Positions 1-10,500 of a DNA stretch of 38,864 bases are shown in pieces. Both the position numbers and the translations under genes were made by a program. This stretch comes from Actinomycetes bacterium (GTDB lineage Bacteria; Actinomycetota; Actinomycetes; Actinomycetales; Cellulomonadaceae). Below the pieces are notes generated by a model. The model had not been told where the DNA came from. It did not search any database and saw nothing but the letters and a program-made list of their open reading frames with translations. Numbering within the stretch: the stretch's first letter is position 1; each line of letters starts with the position of its first letter. The stretch covers positions 1 to 38,864 of the forward strand of contig JAEYNO010000149.1 in NCBI GenBank assembly GCA_023412515.1, written 5' to 3'.

Positions 1-87
1 CGTCAGCGCGGCCCACGCGGCGGGCGCGGGCACGGGCAGCGCGCGCGTGACCGCGACGGCGCCGGGGGCGGCTGGGGGCGTCGGCAT
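1..87 (-). CDS. 5' part of a probable SRPBCC/START-like protein (runs off the window)
   Basis: ATG at 87 reads MPTPPAAPGAVAVTRALPVPAPAAWAALT, resembling SRPBCC N-termini; divergent from the AKR gene; not in the ORF track. Confidence 0.5.
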   Translation of the reverse strand, partial: MPTPPAAPGAVAVTRALPVPAPAAWAALT

Positions 88-120
88 GCGTCGATCCTCC
101 ACCGGGGTACGGTCGTCGGC

Positions 121-1113
121 ATGCGGAGCAGGGTGCTGGGACGGACGGGTCGTGAGGTCGGCGTGATCGGGCTGGGCTGCTGGCAGCTCGGCGGCGACTG
201 GGGCGAGGTCGGCGACGACACGGCGCACGCCGTGCTCGAGGCCGCGGTCGCCTCGGGCGTGACGTTCCTCGACACGGCCGACGTCTACGGCGACGGGCGG
301 TCCGAGCGGGCGATCGGCGCGTTCCTCGCGTCGCGCCCCGACCTGGCGGGGACGGTCACGGTCGCCACCAAGATGGGCCGCCGCGCCGACCCGCACGTCG
401 CCGAGGCGTACACGTACGACGCCTTCTGCCGGTGGACCGACCGCAGCCGCGTCAACCTGCGCACCGACACGCTCGACCTCGTGCAGCTGCACTGCCCGCC
501 CAGCGCGGTGCTGCGCAGCGACGACGTGTACGACGCGCTCGACCGGGTCGTCGAGGACGGCCGCGCCGCCGCCTACGGCGTGTCCGTCGAGACGGTCGAC
601 GAGGCGCTCGCGGCGATCGCGCGCCCGCACGTCGCGTCGGTGCAGATCATCCTCAACGTGTTCCGCCGCAAGCCGCTCGAGCAGGTGCTGCCCGCGGCGG
701 CCGAGGCGGGCGTCGGCATCGTCGCGCGCGTGCCGCTCGCGTCCGGCCTGCTGTCGGGGAGGTACGACGAGCAGACGCAGTTCGCGCCCGACGACCACCG
801 CGCCTACAACCGCCACGGCGAGGCGTTCGACGTCGGCGAGACGTTCTCGGGCGTGCCCTACGAGGTCGGCGTCCGAGCCGCGCGCGAGGTCGCCGCCCTC
901 ACGCCGTCGGGCATGACGACCGCGCAGCTCGCGCTGCGCTGGATCGTGCAGCAGCCCGGCGTCTCGGTGGTCATCCCCGGCGCGCGGACGCCCGCGCAGG
1001 CGCAGGCCAACGCGGCCGCCGACGCGTTCCCCGACCTGTCGGACGAGACCCTCGCGGCGCTCGGCGACGTGTACGACCGCTACGTGCGGGAGCACGTGCA
1101 CGCGCGCTGGTGA
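121..1113 (+). CDS. Aldo/keto reductase
   Basis: GLGCWQLG, FLDTADVYGDGRSE, VATK, DLVQLH, VIPGART motifs; leaderless start with TACGGT -10 at 108-113. Confidence 0.95.
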   Translation: MRSRVLGRTGREVGVIGLGCWQLGGDWGEVGDDTAHAVLEAAVASGVTFLDTADVYGDGRSERAIGAFLASRPDLAGTVTVATKMGRRADPHVAEAYTYDAFCRWTDRSRVNLRTDTLDLVQLHCPPSAVLRSDDVYDALDRVVEDGRAAAYGVSVETVDEALAAIARPHVASVQIILNVFRRKPLEQVLPAAAEAGVGIVARVPLASGLLSGRYDEQTQFAPDDHRAYNRHGEAFDVGETFSGVPYEVGVRAAREVAALTPSGMTTAQLALRWIVQQPGVSVVIPGARTPAQAQANAAADAFPDLSDETLAALGDVYDRYVREHVHARW

Positions 1114-1140
1114 CGACGGCGCGCCCCGCACGCGGGCGGC

Positions 1141-1923
1141 TCAGCGGCGGCGCAGGAAGCCTCGACGGCGCGCGTCGTCCGTCGTCCGGGGCGTCGGCCG
1201 TGCCGGTGCGACCGCGTCGGCCTGACCGACGACGTGCGGCGCCGTCGCGAGCTGTGCGTGGACCGGAGCGACCTCGACGACCCGGGGGAACGTCTCGGGT
1301 GCGGGGCCGAACGCGAGCCGCGCGCCCTTGATCACGCCCTGCCCGAGCGCCCGGCCGCCCGCGACGCCGATCGCCGCGCCCAGGCCGTAGGGCGCGAGCC
1401 GCCCGACCGCGAGCCCGCCGAACCGCGCGGCCTGCGTGCGCAGCAGCTTGCGCGTGAGCTGGTTGTTGACCTTCTTGACCGTGCCCATCGGCATGCGCGT
1501 GAGCAGCACGCGCCCCACGCGGAACGTCGTCAGCTCGGTCGCGTCCTCGACGACCTTCGCGCCGGACTCGCCCAGCAGGGTCGACAGCAGCAGCGCCTTG
1601 CGGCGCTCGGTGTCGGTGACCTCGATGCCGTGCACCGACGCGACGGCGAGCGCGAACGCCGCGGACGCACCGAAGAACGTCGCGACGTCGCTCACGGTCA
1701 GCGCGGTCGCGAGGCCCGTGCCGACGATCGGCGCGGCCGCCGCGGCGCCGACGGCACCGCCGGTGCCGGCCACGACCAGCAGGTACTCCTTCTCGAGGAG
1801 CTCGACGACCCGGGCGGGGCTCGCGTCGGGGTTGCGGCGCCGCACGCTCTCGACGTGCGCGTGGATCGTCGCGGACGGGATCGTCACCGCCTTGTCGAGC
1901 GCGCCCTGCACGAGCCGCGGCAC
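1141..1923 (-). CDS. Conserved actinobacterial hypothetical protein (EcsC-like, Gly/Ala-rich helices)
   Basis: 260-aa ORF with host-like codon usage; start 1 nt after the OsmC-family stop, suggesting an operon. Confidence 0.75.
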   Translation of the reverse strand: MPRLVQGALDKAVTIPSATIHAHVESVRRRNPDASPARVVELLEKEYLLVVAGTGGAVGAAAAAPIVGTGLATALTVSDVATFFGASAAFALAVASVHGIEVTDTERRKALLLSTLLGESGAKVVEDATELTTFRVGRVLLTRMPMGTVKKVNNQLTRKLLRTQAARFGGLAVGRLAPYGLGAAIGVAGGRALGQGVIKGARLAFGPAPETFPRVVEVAPVHAQLATAPHVVGQADAVAPARPTPRTTDDARRRGFLRRR

Positions 1924-1924
1924 G

Positions 1925-2422
1925 TCAGCGCTCCCCGGACACCGTGAGCGTCGTCGTGGCGCCGTGCTCGAGCGTGCGCCCGACCGTGCAGTGCTGGTCG
2001 ACCGCGCGGTGCACGACCGTCAGCAGGCGGTCGCGCGTCGCGTCGTCGAGGCCCGAGAGGTCGACCTCCATGACCTCGGCCAGCGCGGGGTAGCGGTCCT
2101 CGGTGGGGTGCGTCGCGCCGCCCACGCGGATGGTGACCCGCACGTCGTCGCCCAGGCGGTGCACGAGCGCGGCGTCGGCGGACAGGCCGCTGCACGCGCC
2201 GAGCGCGATCTTCAGCAGCTCGCCGGGGGAGAACGCCTCCGGGTCGCCCACCGACCCGATCCGCACCTGCGCGCCCCGAGAGCTGCGGCCCACGTACTGG
2301 CGCTTGCCGGTGCGCTCGAGCCACAGCTCGGTGTCGCCCGCGTTGGCGAGCGGGTCCGGGGTCTCGGCCACGGTGGGTGCCGGGGTCCCGGCGACGTCGC
2401 GCGCGTCCTGGTCGGTCGTCAT
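1925..2422 (-). CDS. OsmC/Ohr family protein
   Basis: FSPGELLKIALGACSG and DQHCTVGRTL two-Cys motifs; start chosen at MTTDQD. Confidence 0.9.
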   Translation of the reverse strand: MTTDQDARDVAGTPAPTVAETPDPLANAGDTELWLERTGKRQYVGRSSRGAQVRIGSVGDPEAFSPGELLKIALGACSGLSADAALVHRLGDDVRVTIRVGGATHPTEDRYPALAEVMEVDLSGLDDATRDRLLTVVHRAVDQHCTVGRTLEHGATTTLTVSGER

Positions 2423-2729
2423 GGGGCGATCCTCGCACGCGGTCGCGCGGGGTTCTCGGCGAGCGTTCTCGGTGAGCGCGTGACGGCGCACGGGCGGCGT
2501 CCGGCGGTCGCCGAGCGCGGGCTTCGGCCGCTCCCGGGTGGTGGGAGGCGGACGTTCCCCGCGTTCGGCGACCGCCCTGGCCCGGGCCGCGTGGGTCGCG
2601 CCGGGGGCGGCGGTGGCGACGGGGGACGGTGGCGCAGGTCACGGCGTCGGGGACCGGGTCGCGGGACTCGCGTGAAGGTCGTGTGACGGGGCTTCCCGCG
2701 GGAACAGACCATGCGGTCGGATCGTTGCG

Positions 2730-3146
2730 ATGAGCAGGATGAAGCGATACGAGGAACTCGAGACCGAGGACGGCAAGGTCGTCCGCTACCAGCGACACGA
2801 GAACGGCGGCGGCCTCGTCGCCAAGGGAGCGCGCGTGCACGACAGCGCGTTCGTGGCCGACTCCGCGTGGGTCGACCCGGGCGCCGTCGTCGAGGCCGGC
2901 GCGTCGGTGGGCCGGTTCTGCTGGATCGAACCGGGCGCCGTCGTCTCCGAGCGCTCCCGCCTGGGCTCGCACGTGCACGTCGGCCGCGACGCGGTCGTCG
3001 GCCGTGGCGCCCGCCTGGGTGCGCGCGTCGAGGTCGGTGCGGCCGCGCACCTGGACCCGGCGCTCGTCGTCGAGCCCGAGGCGCGCATCGCCGACGGCGC
3101 TCACGTCGAGCGCACCGGCTTCCCGCCGCACGTGCTCGCCGCCTGA
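2730..3146 (+). CDS. Hexapeptide-repeat (left-handed beta-helix) protein
   Basis: Regular [VIL]-x5 repeats (VHDSAF VADSAW VDPGAV VEAGAS VGRFCW IEPGAV); start may be 2739. Confidence 0.85.
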   Translation: MSRMKRYEELETEDGKVVRYQRHENGGGLVAKGARVHDSAFVADSAWVDPGAVVEAGASVGRFCWIEPGAVVSERSRLGSHVHVGRDAVVGRGARLGARVEVGAAAHLDPALVVEPEARIADGAHVERTGFPPHVLAA

Positions 3147-3279
3147 CGCACGCCCGAGAGCCGGCACGCCGCCCGGGCCGCCCCGGGCGGCGTGAGCGTG
3201 CCCGCGCGGGTCGTGCAGCGCGGTCGTGAGCAGCGACTTCACCCGGAGGGGCACCGTGCGGCCCGTTAGCGTCGGGGCC

Positions 3280-4371
3280 ATGTCCCACGCGCAGCCCCCG
3301 CCGGCGGACCCGACCTCCCCGCCGACCACCGCCCCTGCGGGCGACGCCCGCCCCGCCGACGAGGCCCGTCCGACGGTCGTGCGTCGCCAGGACCGCTCGA
3401 CCGGGTCCGTGCTCGAGTGGGTCGAGCGGCTGGTCGGCCAGGGCCCGCAGGCCGTGGGGCGCGGCGAGATCAGCGCGCTCATGGCGCCGATGGGCTGGGA
3501 CCTCACGTTCCCCGACGGCGCCGCGACCGCCGCGACGCTGCACCCGGTGGTCGCCGACCGCATGGTGCTGTTCCGCTACGCCGGCTCGCGGTACACGGCG
3601 GTGTCCGACCGTGCACCGCTCGCCGTGCCCGCGGGGCCGCGCCTCGCGGTGGTGGAGCTCGTCGAGCAGGGGCACGGGCGCGTGCTGCGCGGCCACCACG
3701 AGCTGCCGATCGGCCCGGGGGACGTCCTGCTGCACCCGCCGCGCGGCCGGTACAGCGTCGCGTGGGAGACGGGCCCCTGCCGGCGCACCGTCGTGCTGCT
3801 GACGACGTCCCTGTACGGCCGGCGCCCCGACGCGATCCTGCGCGACGAGGACCTCGTGCTGCGCGACGCGCCCCTGGCACCGGCCGCGCAGCACCTGCTG
3901 GAGGTGCTCTTCGACGACGACGTCGACGCCGTGGTGCGGCTCACCGCGACGCAGGCGCTGCAGGGGCTCGTGGCGGCCACGGTCGCGTCGGCCATCGACC
4001 GCGGGCAGGCGCCGCCCGAGCCGGGGATGCGCGACCGGGTCCGGGCGCTGCTCGTCGAGCGGTACGCGGACCCCGACCTCGACGCCGACGCGGTCGCGCG
4101 CGAGCTGCGCATCAGCCGGCGGCACCTGTTCGCGCAGTTCGAGGACAGCACCGACTCGTTCGCGACGACGCTGCGCGACATCCGGCTCGAGCACGCGGCC
4201 GAGATGCTCGCGGGCGCGGACGACGGCGTGACGGTGCGGCGCGTCGCGCGCGAGACGGGGTTCGCCGGGACCGCGCAGCTGGGCCGCGCGTTCCGCGACC
4301 GGTTCGGGCTGACGCCGACGCAGTTCCGTGCCGCGGCGCTGCGCGGCCAGCCGCTGCCGACGGGCCGCTGA
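3280..4371 (+). CDS. AraC family transcriptional regulator
   Basis: C-terminal double HTH (VARELRISRRHLFAQF ... VARETGFAGTAQLGRAFRDRFGLTPTQFR); TAGCGT -10 7 nt before ATG 3280. Confidence 0.92.
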   Translation: MSHAQPPPADPTSPPTTAPAGDARPADEARPTVVRRQDRSTGSVLEWVERLVGQGPQAVGRGEISALMAPMGWDLTFPDGAATAATLHPVVADRMVLFRYAGSRYTAVSDRAPLAVPAGPRLAVVELVEQGHGRVLRGHHELPIGPGDVLLHPPRGRYSVAWETGPCRRTVVLLTTSLYGRRPDAILRDEDLVLRDAPLAPAAQHLLEVLFDDDVDAVVRLTATQALQGLVAATVASAIDRGQAPPEPGMRDRVRALLVERYADPDLDADAVARELRISRRHLFAQFEDSTDSFATTLRDIRLEHAAEMLAGADDGVTVRRVARETGFAGTAQLGRAFRDRFGLTPTQFRAAALRGQPLPTGR

Positions 4372-4556
4372 CGGCGCGCTGAGGGCCCCGCGCGGGGTGC
4401 GGGGGACGCACCGGGCGCGACCGCGGGAAATGCGGCGATCCGGACCGCGTTGACGATTCGTGCGCGTGTACGCGACATAGCGTGCAGGCTCACCCGGGGA
4501 GTAGGACCAACGGCCTCCAGTGTGTGGGCGATCCCCACCCGTCGGAGGCCTTCGTC

Positions 4557-7500
4557 ATGCCCACGCAGTCCCGAGGTCGCGCGTTCCCGCGCCGCCTCAT
4601 GTCGTTCGTCGCGGCCGCGCTCGCCGCGCTGCTCGCGCTGCCGGTGCTCACGGCACCGGCCGCCGCGGCCGACCCCCAGTACCTCGGCATCACCAAGTCG
4701 GTGGACCGCGGCGAGCTCGCCCCGGGCGACACCTACACGTACAGCGTGCAGGTGGCGTGCTCGGAGGCGTCGTGCCTCGACGCGGTGCTGACGGACGCGC
4801 TGGGCGACCACGCGGGGCACGAGCTGCTGGACGTCGAGCTGCTGCCGTCGACGCCGGGGCTGACGTTCGTCCCGACGTGGACGTCGGGCGGTACGACGTC
4901 GGCGACGGCGCCCGCGGTCGTCGCGGCCGACACGCAACTCGACGTCGCGTTCACGCAGCCGACGGTCAGCCCGACGGGTGAGGGCATCCAGGCCGGTCAG
5001 ACGTTCTCGGTGCAGCTGACGCTGCGCGTGCCGACCGACCTGCCGCCGGGCACGACGACCACGCACGTCAACACCGCGACGGTCACCGCGACGAACTCGG
5101 CGCCCGCGACGGCCTCGGCGCAGGTCGAGGTCACGGTCCCGGTGACCGTGGCCGTCACCCCCGCCAAGTCGTGGACCCCGGCGCAGCAGGCGTTCGCCGC
5201 GGGTGCGCCGTCGACCATCACGGTCGGCGCGACCAACGCCGCCAACGTGCCGGCCGACGCGCTCGTGCTGCAGGAGCCCGCGGTCGCGCCCGAGGGCGCC
5301 GCGACGCTCGACGCCGCGAACCCGTTCACGCTCGTCGACCTCGTGTCGCTCAGCGGCGTGCAGGTGCCGACGGGCTGCACCGCGGTGCGTGTCGACGCGT
5401 ACGTGCAGCGCGCGGGCACGTGGACGTGGGTCGCGGGCGACGGCGGCCTCGTGCTCCCCGGCGGCGTCGACGCGGACGCCGTCGGAGGCCTGCGCGTGAC
5501 GTGCGACGGCCCCGTGGCGGTCGGCGACACGCTCTCCCTCGACCTGGGCGTCGCGCAGCGCGCGACCCACCGCACGACCGGTGCCGACCTGTCGGTCACC
5601 ACGAGCACGCTCACCAACACCGTCGCGGCGACGGTCGAGGTCGACGGGCAGGACCCGGTCTCCGCGACGGCCACCGCGCCGTACCGCGTCGACCCCGCGC
5701 GCCTCGGCACCGAGGTCGTCAAGGACTTCGCGCCCGCGCGCGTCTCGGCGGGCGAGCCGAGCGTGCTGAGCCTCGTGGCGTCGCAGACGTCCGACGTCCC
5801 GGTCCGCGAGCTGCGCGTGAGCGACCTCGACTTCTTCGGCACCGACCCCGCGTTCGGCGGGTTCGACGGCGCGCCGTCGTGGCCGACGGGCGCGACGGGC
5901 GCCTCGGTCGTCTACCACCTGTCCGACGGCTCGACGCCGTCCGTGACGTTCGCCGCGGGCGACGTGCCCGCCGCCCCCGCGCTGGGCTCCGGCGTGCACG
6001 TCACCGGGTTCGAGCTCGTGTTCACGGGTGAGATCGCGCCGGCCGCCGAGCCCGCGCGGGCCCGCGTCACGGTGCTCACCGCCGAGACCGCGACCGGCCC
6101 GGTGCGCCAGCTCGACAACACCGCGACGGTGCGCGTCGAGGCGCCCAACGGCAACACCGCGCAGGACACGGACGACGCGCGCCTCACGGTCGTGCCCGCG
6201 TCCATCGAGGTCGGGCTGGCCAAGACGGTCCGGCCGAACGCCCAGCTGCGCCCGGGCGACACCGCGGTCACCGAGCTGCGCACGACGCTCGCGGTGTCCT
6301 CGTCGTACGTCACGGCCCGCGACCTCGTCGTCACCGACGCGTGGGACGGCGCCGCGCGCGGCTTCTGGGACGGCTTCGACCTGACGGCGATCGCGCCGAC
6401 GCAGGTGCCGTCCGGCACGTCGGTCGAGGTGCGCCTGCAGACGTCCGTCGGCACGTGGGTCACGGTCCGCAACGAGCCCGCGCGGGCGGAGACCTGGCTG
6501 CTGCAGCTCGACGCCGCGGAGCTCGCGGCCGGGCTGCCGGGCGGGGTCGCGCTGAGCGACGTCACGGGCGTCGAGCTGCGCCTGCACGACGCCGACGGGT
6601 TCGAGGAGAACACGACCGTCACGCCGTACCTCGTGACGACCGCGCGCGGCACGCTGCGCAGCGGCGGCGCGCTGCCCGAGGGCACGACGACGCTGCGCAA
6701 CGCGGCGACCGTCGTCGGCAGCGGCACGACCGGCGGCGGCACCCCGGTGTCCGACGGCGACGACGCGGACGACGACGCGGCGGTCACCCCGCCGCCGCCC
6801 GGCACGGGCCCGGTGGAGGTCCGCAAGACGTGGACGCAGCCGACCGTGGCCGCGCAGTCGGGCCAGCAGCGCACGACGCGCGTCGCGTGGCGGACCGCCG
6901 CGGGTGCGTCGTCGGTGACGCTCACCGACCCGGCCGCCGCGACGGACCCGGCCGCGGCCGACCCGGCGGGCACGCTGCTCGACGCGTTCGACCTGGTGCG
7001 CGTGCAGCCGATCGCCTACTCGGCGACGCCGTTCACGAACGGCTGGTACCTCAAGTACGACCGCGTGACCGACGTGCGGCTGCTGCTGCCCGATGGTGCG
7101 GGCGGGCGGTCCTGGCAGTCGGTCACGGCGCCCGCGGGCGGCTGGACGAACGGCGGCGGGTTCGTCGGGTACACGCTGACGGCGCAGCAGCGCGCCGACG
7201 CGTGGGGCGTGCAGCTGGTCCTCGAGGAGAACGGGCCCGCGCGCGCCGCGGCCCGCCAGCCGGGCGCGGCCCTCGACCCGTTCGCGCCGGCCGTGGGCAC
7301 GGGCGTCGCGGCGTCGTCGATCGACCGCACGCTGGACCTGCAGTGGCAGATCCGCGAGGTGCGCCGCACGGGTGGCTGGGTCACCGACAAGGAGACCTAC
7401 AACGCGGGCGCCGCGGGCGTCGTGCGCAACACCGTGGGCATCGCGGCGCAGCGCACCGACGGCGTCGTGACCGCACAGGAGCGCGCGGACATCACGATCA

Positions 7501-10500
7501 CGGGCTCGACGCCGCTCGTGCGCGTCGACAAGACCGTGTCGACGGGTGACGTCGCGTACGTGCCGCGGCCCGGCGTGGTCCCGGCGGACCAGTGGCCCAC
7601 GCGCACGTTCAGCCTCACGGCGTGGAACGACGCCGTGGCCCGCGCCTCGTACCTGCGCATCACCGACCCGGCGTGCTCCGACGTCGACGTGCAGGGCACG
7701 GCGTGCGCGCTCGCGGACCCGACCGCCGACCCGTTCGCGGCGTCCGTGGACTGGCTCGCACCCGGCAGCGGCGAGAGCCCGTTCGACCGGTTCGACCTGA
7801 CCGCGGTGCGGTTCTCCGCAACGCGTCCGGCCGAGGTGGACCTCGCGGCGTCGACCGCGTGGCTGCTGCGGTACGCCGACGGCGACTACACCAGCGAGCG
7901 CACGACCGTCGCGGCGCTGCTCGCGATGACGCCCGCGCAGCTCGCGGACGTCGTGGCGCTGAGCGCGACGTTCCAGGGCACCGACCCGGCGGTCACGGGC
8001 GGCACGATCACGCAGGGCAACCGCCTGCGGCTCGACCTCGACACGCGCCTGCGCACCGAGGTCCGGTCGACGGGCCAGGCGCAGACGCTGCGCGCCGGCG
8101 AGTCCGTCACGGTCGAGAACCACATGTACGCCCAGTCGTACGACCCGGTGCTGGACCCGGCGGGCGCGACGCTCGCCGCCGGCACCGACGGCGTCGACGT
8201 GCGCCTCACGGGCGGCGAGATCAACGTGGGCGTCGCCAAGACGATCTCGCCCGCGGTGGTCACCGAGCCGACGCGCGCCGAGCCGCTGACGGTGCGCCTG
8301 ACGGCGACCAACGGCACGGCCCCGGCGGGCACGCTCGCGCCGGCGCAGGTGCGCCTGCAGGACGACGCGACGACGTCGCCGGAGTTCTGGGACCGGTTCG
8401 ACCTGGTGGGCCTGGGTGCGGTGACGCTGCCCGCGGGCGCCGACCAGGTGCAGGTCGACGTGCACGGGCCGTTCGGGCCCGGCGGCGCGGACGCGTGGGT
8501 GACGGGCACGCCGGGGGCGACCCCGACGCTGCCGGTCGCGGCGGAGCGCGCCGGTGACGTCGACGGCGTCCGGTTCGTGCTGTCGCGCGCCGACGGCGCG
8601 TTCTTCTCGGACGCGGTGCCCGCGCCGGGCTGGTCGACGACCGCGCAGCTGCAGGTGCGGCTGCGGGACGTCACGCGCACGGGTGGCGACCCGATCGTCC
8701 TGGACGCCGACCACCACGAGGTGACCAACACCGTGGTGGGCCAGGCGGACCGGCTCAACGGCGAGGCGTCGCAGGAGCGCGCGAGCGCCGCCGCGGTCGA
8801 CCTCTTCGAGGGCACGCACCGCCTCGCGGTCGACAAGCTCGCCAACGAGGGCAACCGCACCGTGCAGGTCGGCACGGCCGTCCCGTGGGACCTGTCGTTC
8901 CGCAACGCGGGCAGCGGCTATCTCGACGTCGCCGAGCTGCGCGACACGCTCCCCGAGCACCTCGTGTGGACGGGCGAGACCGCCCCGGTCGTGACGGTGC
9001 CCGCGGGCAGCGCCATGGGCGACCAGGTGACCGTGTCGGTGGACGGCGACGACCTGGTGCTCGCGTGGCCGCAGGACGCGCGCCGCCTGGCGCCGGGCGA
9101 GCGCGTGGACGTGCGCCTGGTGCTCGAGCTGCAGCCCGGCCTGACGGTGGGCGACCGCGCGGTCAACACCATGGCCGTGCGCACCGCGCAGACGCTCGAG
9201 GCGTGCACGCCGCTCGACGGTTCGCGCCCCGTGACGGGTGCGTGGGCGGACGACGCGACCACGTGCGGCTCGGCCGACCACGTGTCGCCGCGCGCCGGCT
9301 CCAACCTGTTCGCCGTCAAGGGCGTGCGGGGCTCGCAGCCCGGTGCGGCGACGGCCGACGGGGAGGAGTGCACGACGCGCCTGACCGCGACCGGCGGCGA
9401 CTACCACCGCACGCCGTGCATCGCGCGCTCGCTGGCCGGTGCGCAGGACGACTGGGTGCTGCGCGCGCAGAACGCGGGCACGACGAGCGTCGACGAGCTG
9501 ACGATCTTCGACCCGCTCGCGGCGACCGGTGACCGCATGATCATCACGGGCGGCGAGCGCGGCTCGGTGTACCGCCCGCAGGTCGTGCCCGGTTCGCTGC
9601 AGGTCACGGCGCCCGCGGGTGCCGTGGTGGTGACCGAGGTGACGACGACGGCGGACGTGTGCGCCGGCACGTGGGCGGGTCTGCAGGACCAGGCCGTCTG
9701 CGAGCAGTCGGGCGAGGCGTGGTCGGTGGCTGACGACGCGACCGACTGGTCGGCCGTCACGGGCCTGCGCGTGCACGTGGACCTGCGGCCGTCGGCCGCG
9801 GGGGCGCTGCTGAGCGGGCAGTTCGTCGACGTGACGTTCTCGACCGTCAACGTGCTGGCGGGTGACGACGTCGTCGACGGCGTGCCCGCGGGTGCGGCGG
9901 CCGACGCGGTGGTCGCGTGGAACCAGTTCGGCGTGAAGTACCACGACGTGGGTGCGCCGACGTGGTCGAAGATCGCGCCGCCCAAGATGGGCGTCGAGGT
10001 GCTGACCGGCCCGATCGAGGTCCGCAAGGTCGTCGAGGGCCCGGCGGGCGGCTACGCGCCGGCGTCGTTCGGCGCCGACGTGGTCTGCACGCTCGACGGC
10101 GTCGCCCTCGACCTGGGGGCCGCCGCGACGCTCACGCTCGACGAGGGCAACGGCTGGACGGCCCGCGTCGACGGTGTGCCGGTGGGTGCGCGGTGCGACG
10201 TCACCGAGACCGGTGAGCCCGGCAGCCACGGCGAGACGACGCGCTCCGGCACGGTCCGGCTCGAGGTCGACGCGCCCGCGGGTGCGGACGGCGCCGTGCC
10301 GACCGCGCAGGTCGCGACGCTCACCAACACATACGCGTTCGGCGGCCTGAGCGTCACCAAGCGCGTCGACTCGACCGCGACCGCGGGCCTCGAGGGGCCG
10401 TTCACGTTCGCGCTGACCTGCACCGCGGCCGGCACGGGTGCGCCCGTGACGTTCGACGGCGCCGACGCGCTGACGTTCACGCTCGCCGACGGCGAGACGT